Source: an uncultured bacterium (lineage in GTDB: Bacteria; CSSED10-310; CAZUFC01). Taken from it: a DNA stretch of 40,503 nt. Under the pieces are notes generated by a model. That model made no database searches. It was not told the DNA's origin and worked only from the letters and a program-made list of their open reading frames with translations. Below are positions 10,317 through 19,283 of the stretch, in pieces; position 1 is the first letter of the stretch, and each line of letters begins with the position of its first letter. A program made the position numbers and the translations under genes. The stretch is from positions 1-40,503 of the forward strand of contig CAZUFC010000079.1 in assembly GCA_964619725.1 (NCBI GenBank), read 5' to 3'.

Positions 10317-13300
10317 CTAACCGGCTTTTTTTTCCAGGCCTTCCAGTCTGTAAAGCAGTTGCGCTTTGACTTTCAGATACCTTTTTCGCAACTCTATTCT
10401 TCTTTCATCCGATAAGTATTTATCCATATACCGGGAGGGTACGTTTCCAGCCAGCTCTCTCACTATATCAACGGCTTTTTGATAGTTGCGCGCCGAAAGA
10501 ACCAGCATGCCGGCCTGGTGGTATACTTTACCTGCCTCCAGATGAATCTGCCATAGTGTTTCCGGGTCGTTCGCCGCAAGTTCAGCAGATTTTCGCAGTA
10601 GTCCCATCGCTTTTTTAGGATCGGTCAGTTTAGCCTCTAATAAATACAGTTGAGCATCAAACAAAGATGAACTTTGAGATTTCAGGACGGATTTTGCCTT
10701 TTCCAGCAATTGTTCGCTTCGTTTTAACCGTTTATTTTCTATATTCCAGAAAGCATAACTGATATACAGATTGCCGATGTTGAGAGCTGCATGAAGCTTT
10801 GAATAGATATCCTCTGCTTCTTTGAAGCTTTTTTCGGCTTCAATGAAATTTCCTCTTCTTCCTGCAATCATGGTCAGAATGTGGTATCCCCAGGCTGTTT
10901 GACTCTCCAGGTTTTTATTGCGCGCTATTTCCAGTGCAGACCTGGCGGAACGTTCGGCGGAATCGAGTTTGCCGATCAGATAATGATAAAACGCCAGGTT
11001 CAATCTGGTTCTTATCTGCTGGGAATCGCCGTGCGAACTGGAAATTTCCAGACTTTCTCTCCAGAATCGACTGCAATCTTTGTAATTTCCTTTTCTGAGA
11101 TGTATCGAACCAAGACTGTCCAGCGAGCCCGTCAAAATATAGGAATTACCGATCCTCCGTGCGAGGGCGTAAGCTTCCTGATAATATTTTAGCGCTCTTT
11201 CCAGACGATTGTTTGACATATGAATATGTCCGGTATTGTGCAGACACATGGCGATTCCGTTCTGATGACCGCATTTGCGGTGATGCTTTAAACCCTCAAG
11301 ATAATACTCCAGCGCTTTTCCTGTTTCTCCCTCAATATAGTGCATATTGCCGAGGTTCAGGAACGTTCCGCCAAGGTGCATGACGTCGTTAATTTTCTTG
11401 CGAATTTCAAGACTCGCATTAAACTGCTCAATTGCCTCGCTTCTTTTTCCGAGAAACTGAAAGGACATTCCCAATATATTATATAAAGATGCCCTGGTTT
11501 CATCACTCTTTTCCCTTTCGAGAATATTCAGTCCCTCCTGGCAGGCATTGACGGCCTCTTCGAATCGACCCTGTTTGTTAAGGACGACCGCAAGTCTGTC
11601 CAATATAATGGCCTTCTCTTGAATGATCTCATTTTTACACAATGATAAAGCCTGCCTGTACGCGTTTTCGCTCTCCCTGAATGACCCCAATTTTTCATAT
11701 ACGTCGCCTGAATGCTTGTAAATAGACACTTCCGGCAATTCATGACTGTTCTCCGCGCCTATCTTCTCCAGTTCCAGACATAAAGCCAATGCGTCACTGT
11801 ACTTGCCCCCGACGGATAATGTCTCGATTAATTTCAGCATTATTTCTGCCTTGAGCTTCCTCGATTCCAAAGGCATCAACAGCAGAGTCTTGTAAAATTC
11901 TTCGGCCGAGGAATTGTCAAAATTTTCCCTGGCGTTATCAGCCGCCGTCAGTCCGTAATGAAGAGCTTTATCGAAATTTGATGAGCTGAGATAATGCCGG
12001 GCTGTGTTCTGCAGATATTTTTTATTCGCTCTCAAGTACCTTTTCTCAAAGATTTTCGCTGCTTCAAGATGACAAATTTCCCTGAATTCCGCGTCACATG
12101 ATCCATACACGTAACGCCTGGTGTAAGGATGATCAAAACATAATCCTTCGGAGCGCTTCCGCAATAGTTCCTTGTTGAGCAGCTCCGAAAGATGCCTATC
12201 CTCTTTAATTCCTACAGCAGCGGCATATTCTTTGAAAATTTCCATATCGACGGTTTCCGCAAAAATGGAAACGGCCTGCAATATCCTGAGCTCAGAAAAA
12301 CGCAATTTCTTCAGTCTCATTTCCAGGGCCGATTCCATCGACTCAGGAGCATCAACCGTTATTCCTGCCTGCTCATCAACCTTCCATCCTTCGGCTGTTC
12401 GAGCCAGCACATGTAAATCGATCAAAGCTCGCAACCAAACCTCAATATAGAGCGGATTCCCCCGGGTTTCCTTTTCCAGATTCGAGAATATGGGATATTG
12501 AGAACTTTGCAGTCCGAGCATCTTGAATATAAAATTTTTCAGCTCTTCAGACTCCAGCGGTTTCAGGTTTATTTCACTGCAATGTTTTATTTTTCTGAAA
12601 CGTGATATCCAACTCCCCCCATTTTCATAATCGAGGTCATTCTCCTCCCCGGTAAAAATGAAAACAATCCCGGCATCCCGTAAATTCAGCGCTAAATATT
12701 CTAAAAGAGGCAACTCTTCGGGAGATGCGCTATGCATATCATCCAGACAGATGACAAGTGATTTTTGTCCGGAAAATTCATCCAAAAAGGCTCGCAGCGT
12801 CTCGAAAATTTTTAGTTTTTCCTCTTTAGCAGCAAAATTCGCCGATGCTTCAATTCCATATTTCGCCTTCAAGTCAGGGATTAGTTTAACCAGGTCTTTC
12901 ACGGGACTGTCTTTTCTTTTGAGAAGGGATTCCGCCTCTTTTTTCATGACGATTCGTCGCAGAATATCTTTGAAGCCGTCCAAATCCGAATGCCTGTCCT
13001 CCTTATATTCTCCTGACAAAAACAGCACGCCGTCCATTTTGGCCCTGTATTGAAGTTCATTGATGAAACGGGTTTTGCCGATTCCGATTTCCCCTGTAAT
13101 TGCAAACAAGTTTGTCTCCGGTACCGATTCTTCAGTATTCAGTCCAAAACTGTTTTTTATCGACTCGAGTATGAAATTCAGTTCATCCCGTCTTCCGATA
13201 TAAGGAGACTGCCCCAGTTGTCGCTGAGCCGATTCCGTTTCCATGATAAAAGTCGTGGAACTGACTTTGTTTAACTTTGCTGCAGCCTGTAAAGCGCCGG

Positions 13301-14033
13301 CTATTCTTTTGTCAGGGTCTTTTTCGAGAAGTCCTGCCAATATGCCGCGGTATTCCCCGAAGTCATCCCAGCTTATATTCTCTTTGATCCTGCCGTCTGG
13401 AGTTCTCTCAGGCAGATGCTCTTTTATCGTTTGAAATATGGTAACTCCCAATGAAAACAGGTCTGCTTTCTCATCCGGTCGGCCGCCGGCCAGAACTTCC
13501 GGAGCTGAATAGGCCGGCGTGCCGCTGAAATCGCTTGTCCCTCTTTTCGATATTTCGCTCATCAGACCGAGATCGGTGAGTTTAATTTTTATTTCGCCTT
13601 CGACCTCAGCGGACAATATATTCGAAGGTTTAAGGTCGCAATGCACATAATTTTTACTGTGAATGTAATCCAAAACCTGTAAGACCTGCATAACGGCCGG
13701 TAATATTTCCTCAAAACTTCTGCCCCTGCCGTATTCAAACAGATCGTTGCCTTTTACCAGTTCCATCACGAAAAAAGGTTCTTCATGATCGGAGATGTCG
13801 AAATCATATACTTTAACAAGATTCGGATGACTCAGCTTCATCATGTTGCGGTATTCTTTACGTAAATTGTCCAGCAATCCGGGATCATGAATCCTGAGAG
13901 TCTTTAGAGCGTATTCATTGCTTTCCAAAAGGTCTTCGACATGATAGACGCGTCCCATTCCTCCTTCGCCTAGAAGGCGGATTATTCGATAGCGGCCTGC
14001 TATTTCGCTTTTTTGCTTATTCTGTTTGATGAT
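10317..14033 (-). CDS. Ser/Thr protein kinase - P-loop (STAND-like) ATPase - TPR protein; start uncertain (ORF track 13958; probable ATC start near 14033)
   Basis: 'HCDLKPSN', 'DLG', 'GTPAYSAPE'; Walker A 'GEIGIGKT', Walker B 'VICLDDMH'; TPRs. The frame continues upstream of 13958 through 'IAGRYRIIRLLGEGG'. Confidence 0.88.
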   Translation of the reverse strand: MIKQNKQKSEIAGRYRIIRLLGEGGMGRVYHVEDLLESNEYALKTLRIHDPGLLDNLRKEYRNMMKLSHPNLVKVYDFDISDHEEPFFVMELVKGNDLFEYGRGRSFEEILPAVMQVLQVLDYIHSKNYVHCDLKPSNILSAEVEGEIKIKLTDLGLMSEISKRGTSDFSGTPAYSAPEVLAGGRPDEKADLFSLGVTIFQTIKEHLPERTPDGRIKENISWDDFGEYRGILAGLLEKDPDKRIAGALQAAAKLNKVSSTTFIMETESAQRQLGQSPYIGRRDELNFILESIKNSFGLNTEESVPETNLFAITGEIGIGKTRFINELQYRAKMDGVLFLSGEYKEDRHSDLDGFKDILRRIVMKKEAESLLKRKDSPVKDLVKLIPDLKAKYGIEASANFAAKEEKLKIFETLRAFLDEFSGQKSLVICLDDMHSASPEELPLLEYLALNLRDAGIVFIFTGEENDLDYENGGSWISRFRKIKHCSEINLKPLESEELKNFIFKMLGLQSSQYPIFSNLEKETRGNPLYIEVWLRALIDLHVLARTAEGWKVDEQAGITVDAPESMESALEMRLKKLRFSELRILQAVSIFAETVDMEIFKEYAAAVGIKEDRHLSELLNKELLRKRSEGLCFDHPYTRRYVYGSCDAEFREICHLEAAKIFEKRYLRANKKYLQNTARHYLSSSNFDKALHYGLTAADNARENFDNSSAEEFYKTLLLMPLESRKLKAEIMLKLIETLSVGGKYSDALALCLELEKIGAENSHELPEVSIYKHSGDVYEKLGSFRESENAYRQALSLCKNEIIQEKAIILDRLAVVLNKQGRFEEAVNACQEGLNILEREKSDETRASLYNILGMSFQFLGKRSEAIEQFNASLEIRKKINDVMHLGGTFLNLGNMHYIEGETGKALEYYLEGLKHHRKCGHQNGIAMCLHNTGHIHMSNNRLERALKYYQEAYALARRIGNSYILTGSLDSLGSIHLRKGNYKDCSRFWRESLEISSSHGDSQQIRTRLNLAFYHYLIGKLDSAERSARSALEIARNKNLESQTAWGYHILTMIAGRRGNFIEAEKSFKEAEDIYSKLHAALNIGNLYISYAFWNIENKRLKRSEQLLEKAKSVLKSQSSSLFDAQLYLLEAKLTDPKKAMGLLRKSAELAANDPETLWQIHLEAGKVYHQAGMLVLSARNYQKAVDIVRELAGNVPSRYMDKYLSDERRIELRKRYLKVKAQLLYRLEGLEKKAG

Positions 14034-14082
14034 TGAGAACCCTGAGAACCCACAAGCCGGGTAGCTATCCGCGGCAAGCGTT

Positions 14083-14110
14083 ATTATAAGAAATTTGCTG
14101 TAAAATGCAA
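14083..14110 (-). promoter_or_regulatory. sigma70-type promoter for the kinase gene
   Basis: TTGCAT-16 nt-TATAAT on the minus strand. Confidence 0.55.
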
Positions 14111-14114
14111 ATTT

Positions 14115-15173
14115 CTATTCCTCCTGCTGGGCCATGCGATACACGACCTGGAGGATTTCCGCTACGGCTTCATATAATTCTTCGGGAATCTCCGAGCCTA
14201 TCTCCATCTTGTTAAGGGCCTGAGCCAACGAAATATTACGGAAAACAGGAATATCATTTTCTTTTGCAATCGCTTTGATCTTTTCTGCCCACAATCTTTG
14301 TCCTTTTGCCGTGATTTGCGGGGCATTCATTTTGTCGGCATCATATTTTATCGCAACTGCGATTTCGTCCGGGTTGGTTATTACCGCATCAGCGTTTTTA
14401 ACTTCATTGACCATATTGTTCATCGCCAGCTCCTGATGCATGGCTTTTCTCTTGCTCTTATAGGTGGGGTCGCCCTCTTCCTGTTTATATTCTCTTTTGA
14501 CTTCGTCTTTTGTCATTCTCATATCTTTTTTGTACTGCCATTTCTGATAGTAAAAATCTGCGCCTGCCACCGCTATGAAAATGAAACCGATTCGCATGAC
14601 CAGCTTTACGATCAGGTGTCCCGTCAAAGCTATGGTCTGATCGAGAGAGGAGGTCACGGTCAGGTAAATGTCTCTGAATGCGCCCTTGAAGATCAGGTAA
14701 GCCATAAGGAAAGCGAGTGAAAGCTTAATGGAAGATTTAAGGAATTCGATGAAGCTTTTAAGCGAGAATATATTTTTTACGCCTTTTATGGGATTGAGTT
14801 TGTCGAGGGAGGGTTTGAGAGGTTCCAGGGCGAATAAGGAGCCGACCTGGAGGTAGCTTCCGACCAGGGCTATGATGAATACTCCGGCCAGGAGCGGAGC
14901 CAGGATTTTCACCTGTGCGCTCAAGGCGCCTGAGAGAATGCTGAATATGACCGTTTCATCAATGTTTCTGGCTGTTGATTCAAAAATGAAATTCATATAC
15001 TCCATGAGGACTTTGCCTGAGTTTCCGGCAGTAACGGCGACGATGGCGAAGGCCGATATGAACAAAGCGGCAGTGGTCATGTCTTTGCTTTTGGCTATCT
15101 GCCCTTTCCGCCTGGCCTCCCTCATCTTTTTCGGGGTTGCTTCTTCAGTTTTTTCGCCGGCGCTTTCGGCCAT
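14115..15173 (-). CDS. sctU: T3SS export apparatus switch protein SctU (FlhB/YscU family)
   Basis: 'EKTEEATPKKMREARRKGQIAKS', TM region, 'RMTKDEVKREYKQEEGDP', 'IPEELYEAVAEIL'. Confidence 0.95.
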   Translation of the reverse strand: MAESAGEKTEEATPKKMREARRKGQIAKSKDMTTAALFISAFAIVAVTAGNSGKVLMEYMNFIFESTARNIDETVIFSILSGALSAQVKILAPLLAGVFIIALVGSYLQVGSLFALEPLKPSLDKLNPIKGVKNIFSLKSFIEFLKSSIKLSLAFLMAYLIFKGAFRDIYLTVTSSLDQTIALTGHLIVKLVMRIGFIFIAVAGADFYYQKWQYKKDMRMTKDEVKREYKQEEGDPTYKSKRKAMHQELAMNNMVNEVKNADAVITNPDEIAVAIKYDADKMNAPQITAKGQRLWAEKIKAIAKENDIPVFRNISLAQALNKMEIGSEIPEELYEAVAEILQVVYRMAQQEE

Positions 15174-15187
15174 ATCTTGTAATTCAC

Positions 15188-16006
15188 CTACCTTTTAAGA
15201 AGCTCCAAGACAGTATCCAGGTGATAGATCGACTCCCACAGCTTCACTTTAATCTGTGCGACCAGCAATGAAAGAATAAGAAGAACCATGAGTGTGCCGA
15301 CCATCATTTTAATGGGTAAGCTGAGCATAAAAACGTTGATTTGGGGGGCGACGCGATTGGCTATGCCCATGGTCAGGTCTGTAAAAAAAATGGCGAGGAA
15401 GGCGGGAGCGAACAACTGGATGGCGACGGAAAAAAGGGTTCCGGCATATTTTGCAATCCATTCAATAAAAGGAGATAAACCGGGTTTGAAGACGGGAAAG
15501 GATGTAATGGGAATAATCTGGAAACTCGTCATAAGAGCTTTCAAAAAGTAAATATGCCCGTTCATCAGGAGAAAAAGGACTATGGTGAGCTGCAGGTTCA
15601 GTTGCCCGAAAAGGGATACCTGGGCTTTCATCTGCGGAGCGTGCAGACTGGCTGTGCCCATGCCCCTGTGCGTATCCAGAACCCGGCCTGCGGCTTCTAC
15701 TATGTAAAAAAACATAGCCGCTATAAATCCCATCACCAGGCCCAGGAAAACCTCTTTACCCAGCAACGAGACCATAGGCAGGACTTCCAGAGGCGGCGGA
15801 CTCTCCAACGCTGAACTGACAGGGAAATAAAGAACGATGACCAGAGCGACGCCCGTCCCTATTTTTACTCTTGCGGGGACCATCTGCCCGCCGAGGAAAG
15901 GCGCCAGGAAGACGGCGGGAATCAGGCGGGCGAAGATCAGGCCGCTGATGGCCAGAGTGACGTAGAAATCAATATTTATGCCTAAATCTTTGAGAATTTC
16001 GTTCAC
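15188..16006 (-). CDS. sctT: T3SS export gate SctT (FliR/YscT family)
   Basis: 'APFLGGQMVPARVK', 'NRVAPQINVFMLSLPIK'; position in R-S-T-U block. Confidence 0.93.
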   Translation of the reverse strand: MNEILKDLGINIDFYVTLAISGLIFARLIPAVFLAPFLGGQMVPARVKIGTGVALVIVLYFPVSSALESPPPLEVLPMVSLLGKEVFLGLVMGFIAAMFFYIVEAAGRVLDTHRGMGTASLHAPQMKAQVSLFGQLNLQLTIVLFLLMNGHIYFLKALMTSFQIIPITSFPVFKPGLSPFIEWIAKYAGTLFSVAIQLFAPAFLAIFFTDLTMGIANRVAPQINVFMLSLPIKMMVGTLMVLLILSLLVAQIKVKLWESIYHLDTVLELLKR

Positions 16007-16045
16007 GGCGGTCGATGTAATGCAAGATTGATTAAATTGAAGCCG

Positions 16046-16312
16046 TTATCGAATCATGTTCGGAAAACTTGTGAGAAGGTTGTGAGCGAATCTCACTATA
16101 AGACCTGTCGTCCAGGAAGCCAGAGCGACTATCAGGCCATATACGACGATTAATTTGGGCACGAAGCTGAGCGTCTGTTCCTGTATCTGCGTAGTGGCCT
16201 GGAACAAACTTACGGCGAGACCCACGATAAGACTGCCCAGGACCGGCGGACCGGATAACATAAGCACCAGTATCAGTGCTTCTTTTGTAATGCGTAGAAC
16301 GAATTCTTCCAT
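16046..16312 (-). CDS. sctS: T3SS export gate SctS (FliQ/YscS family)
   Basis: 'VGLAVSLFQATTQIQEQTLSFVPKL'. Confidence 0.95.
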   Translation of the reverse strand: MEEFVLRITKEALILVLMLSGPPVLGSLIVGLAVSLFQATTQIQEQTLSFVPKLIVVYGLIVALASWTTGLIVRFAHNLLTSFPNMIR

Positions 16313-16357
16313 TTTTTCACCTCATTCCGCCAACGGCAGCAGAGCATCGGCCTGATT

Positions 16358-17125
16358 CTACAGGTAACCCATGATCAGCCCCTTTGTGATGACGTACCAG
16401 CCGTCGACGAGAACGAATAGCAGCAATTTGAACGGCAATGATATCATGGTGGGCGAAAGCATGAACATGCCCATGGACATCAGAACATTGGCGACGACCA
16501 TATCCACGACCAGGAAGGGTACAAATATGATGAACCCTATCTGAAAAGCTTCTTTCAACTCGCTGATCACAAACGCCGGAATAAGCACAGTAGCATCTCT
16601 TTCCTTCAGGTTCTCCCGGTCTTCCTGTTTGCGCATTTTTCTGCCCATGGACAAAAAAAGTCTTCTTTCGTTGGAATGCGAATGCTTGTAAAGAAAATCG
16701 AAAATAGGCGTTTTACCCTTTTTCACGGCTTCACCCAGCAAATCCAGGCTGGCTTCTGAAAGCAGCGGTTTACCCGTCCGTTGCTGTACCGTTTCCTGTG
16801 TTTCCCGGTATACTTCCAGTCCTACCGGAACCATAATATGAATAGTCAGAATAACGGCCAATCCTATGACTACCTGGTTGGGCGGCACCTGCTGAGTCCC
16901 CAGAGCGCTGCGGATAATCGACAACACCACCGCTATTTTGACGAAGGAAGTTATCATGATGAGCACGAACGGAACCAGGGCCAATGCGCCCAAAGCAGCC
17001 ATAAGAAGCAGGGGACGCTGACTGACCTGTACAGGATATGCCGCTGCTTCAGTCGTCTCGATCAAAAGGAACCACTCGCACACCAGGACCGCCAAAACTA
17101 CAGGAAAACGGAGCCTTCTATTCAT
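16358..17125 (-). CDS. sctR: T3SS export gate SctR (FliP/YscR family); start placed at MNRRLRF overlapping the upstream stop
   Basis: 'TSFVKIAVVLSIIRSALGTQQVPPN', 'LIPAFVISELKEAFQIGF', 'ISLPFKLLLFVLVDGW'. Confidence 0.95.
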   Translation of the reverse strand: MNRRLRFPVVLAVLVCEWFLLIETTEAAAYPVQVSQRPLLLMAALGALALVPFVLIMITSFVKIAVVLSIIRSALGTQQVPPNQVVIGLAVILTIHIMVPVGLEVYRETQETVQQRTGKPLLSEASLDLLGEAVKKGKTPIFDFLYKHSHSNERRLFLSMGRKMRKQEDRENLKERDATVLIPAFVISELKEAFQIGFIIFVPFLVVDMVVANVLMSMGMFMLSPTMISLPFKLLLFVLVDGWYVITKGLIMGYL

Positions 17126-17600
17126 TCTCTTTTTTCCTCTGCTCGCTTTTAAGTTTGTTGAAAATACGGCTGAATCCCGAACCTGGTTCATCTAAAGAGG
17201 TGACTGACGCTCCCGGCGAATCCTCTATGTTCTCCTCTTCCATCTCCCAGCGGCTTAATACGCTGATATTCTGTTCTGATGTTCCGATCAGCATCTCCTC
17301 TTCGCCTATCCTGATGATGTGAAGGTTCTTCCTGGGCTCCAGACGTTTCGATTCCATTATCCTTATACGCCCGAACCTGAATTGTCCCGCTCCGTATATT
17401 TTCGGCAGCACGATTTTCAAGATGATATAAATCAGAAGTATGACTATGAACAACGCTATAATCGTGGTAATGATCTGCGACAGGAACCCGTTGTCGTCAA
17501 AGTTCGTTCCAAACCCTGAAGCATCTGCAGGAGTAAAAGTCGGGACGGCTGTTTTCGCCGATACATTGAAAAACATCTGTAAAAAATTCACAATGAACAT
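17118..17600 (-). CDS. fliO: FliO-like export-gate assembly protein
   Basis: TM helix followed by 'IRIMESKRLEPRKNLHIIRIGEEEMLIGTSEQNISVL'; lies directly before the fliP/sctR homologue. Confidence 0.8.
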   Translation of the reverse strand: MFIVNFLQMFFNVSAKTAVPTFTPADASGFGTNFDDNGFLSQIITTIIALFIVILLIYIILKIVLPKIYGAGQFRFGRIRIMESKRLEPRKNLHIIRIGEEEMLIGTSEQNISVLSRWEMEEENIEDSPGASVTSLDEPGSGFSRIFNKLKSEQRKKENE

Positions 17601-17606
17601 CCCGGA

Positions 17607-19214
17607 TCAACCTGAACCTAATTTAATGATCTTTACGCCGATTTTGCCCTGGAGGTCCACCAGCTTGCCCTTTGCGATTACCTTGTCGTCTGCGGTAAGG
17701 TCCACCGGCTCGATCGGACTCTTCTCAAGACTCATCGTCTCACCCTCCTTCAATCTTATAATATCCCGCAAGGGCATCTGAATGCGTCCCAATTCTACTA
17801 CAACCGGAACCGTTACATTATCCGCAACGAACCGCGCCGTCTCCGTCATCTTTAACGCACTTTCCCCCGTTACTCTTTCCTTCTTTTTTTCCTCTATTTC
17901 TTCGCTCATGCTCCTCTCTCCTTTGGAGAACCTCTCTTTAAGGGTCACATTTATCTCTCCCGAATTTACAGCAGCATCAATCGAATACCCCCCGTTCGAC
18001 CGGGCTCCGCAATATAATGTCGCCTCACCGCTTAATCCATCTTCTCCGAAAAACATCTTCGTGTTTTCAACCGCAATGATGTTGTCTCTTTCAAGCGAGG
18101 ATATCTCCACGAGAGATAAAGGAGTATATCCCATATCGCATATAAGCGGAATCCTTATCTCATCGATCGATCGAAAGCGCGACATTAAGAATTCATTCTC
18201 CTTTGCCGTATCGCTGTAACCCGTCTCGCCGGGGATCAAATCATATTTTTCAAGCAGAAGGTCAGGTAAAAAAAGCTTCACGAACCCGGACGCCCTGCCG
18301 AGATTGACCGTGTAATCAGACTCTATGTAGGGCACAGAAAAATCAACCTCCTTGTCCAGCTCGCTTCTGCTTCGGATCATCTTCTCCAGCCGGGGATGTA
18401 CCGGCGGATTCGATCCGAATTTCTCCGTCAGTAAATTGAGGATTTTTAATACTAAAAATTGCACTGCGCCTTCTTCCATGGCCGTGAAAGCACGAAATAC
18501 CCTGACGTCGCCGCTGCCTCCCAGCAGATGATCATACAGCGCAAACCCCAGCATCAGGTCGATTTCTATAAAACACTTATGCTCAACCGGATGAAGATTG
18601 AATACCAATACGCTGCAGGGTTCCGATATCGTTTCTCTTATCCCCTTATACAACTTCTGTTTTCGACGGGTCAGCCTGATTCCTATCGATTCCGTCTTTT
18701 TCTCTTCAACCTCAATCGTCAACGATAACTTCGTATTCGCCAGGGTTATCTCATCTCCGTTCGATATTTCCTGGTCCTCCCCCGGACGCAAGATTCTGCC
18801 GTTTAAATATGTATTGTTGACGGAATTTAAATCAGACAGAAAAAATTTATCCGCTTTTCTGTATACCTTGGCGTGCTTACCCGAAATATAACCGTCAGGT
18901 ATTCTGAAATCAGTATCTTTGTGTCTGCCTAAAATAATCTCTTCGCTGTCGAATTTCTTCTCGATTATTTCACGTATCCGACCCGGTTTCTTTAATACCC
19001 CGCTTAAGCCTATCCTGTATTTTTTTTCCACTGCAGGAGGAAAAATCCCCTGCAACATCTCTTTTATCTCAGAGTAACATTCTCCGGGAAATATTGAATC
19101 CGGCAGATACCGAAAAACCTTGCCTGTCAGCTCAGCTTCTGCAGCATCTACTTTTTCCAGAGGTTTCAGTATAAAGTGTGCAGCCTCTTTCGTTTTCTTT
19201 TTCCGTTCATCCAT
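17607..19214 (-). CDS. sctQ: C-ring/sorting platform protein SctQ (FliM-FliN-like) with inserted FHA domain
   Basis: FHA at about aa 65-168; FliM-middle-like 'DHLLGGSG...RAFTAMEE'; two SPOA-like segments, the last 'VVVELGRIQMPL...IAKGKLVDLQGKIGVKI'. Confidence 0.88.
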   Translation of the reverse strand: MDERKKKTKEAAHFILKPLEKVDAAEAELTGKVFRYLPDSIFPGECYSEIKEMLQGIFPPAVEKKYRIGLSGVLKKPGRIREIIEKKFDSEEIILGRHKDTDFRIPDGYISGKHAKVYRKADKFFLSDLNSVNNTYLNGRILRPGEDQEISNGDEITLANTKLSLTIEVEEKKTESIGIRLTRRKQKLYKGIRETISEPCSVLVFNLHPVEHKCFIEIDLMLGFALYDHLLGGSGDVRVFRAFTAMEEGAVQFLVLKILNLLTEKFGSNPPVHPRLEKMIRSRSELDKEVDFSVPYIESDYTVNLGRASGFVKLFLPDLLLEKYDLIPGETGYSDTAKENEFLMSRFRSIDEIRIPLICDMGYTPLSLVEISSLERDNIIAVENTKMFFGEDGLSGEATLYCGARSNGGYSIDAAVNSGEINVTLKERFSKGERSMSEEIEEKKKERVTGESALKMTETARFVADNVTVPVVVELGRIQMPLRDIIRLKEGETMSLEKSPIEPVDLTADDKVIAKGKLVDLQGKIGVKIIKLGSG

Positions 19215-19283
19215 ATCGCTTGTCGCTTCCTCGTTTGTCCGGCGAGAATGCTGAATCAGGACAATAAATTATTAACTCATCGT

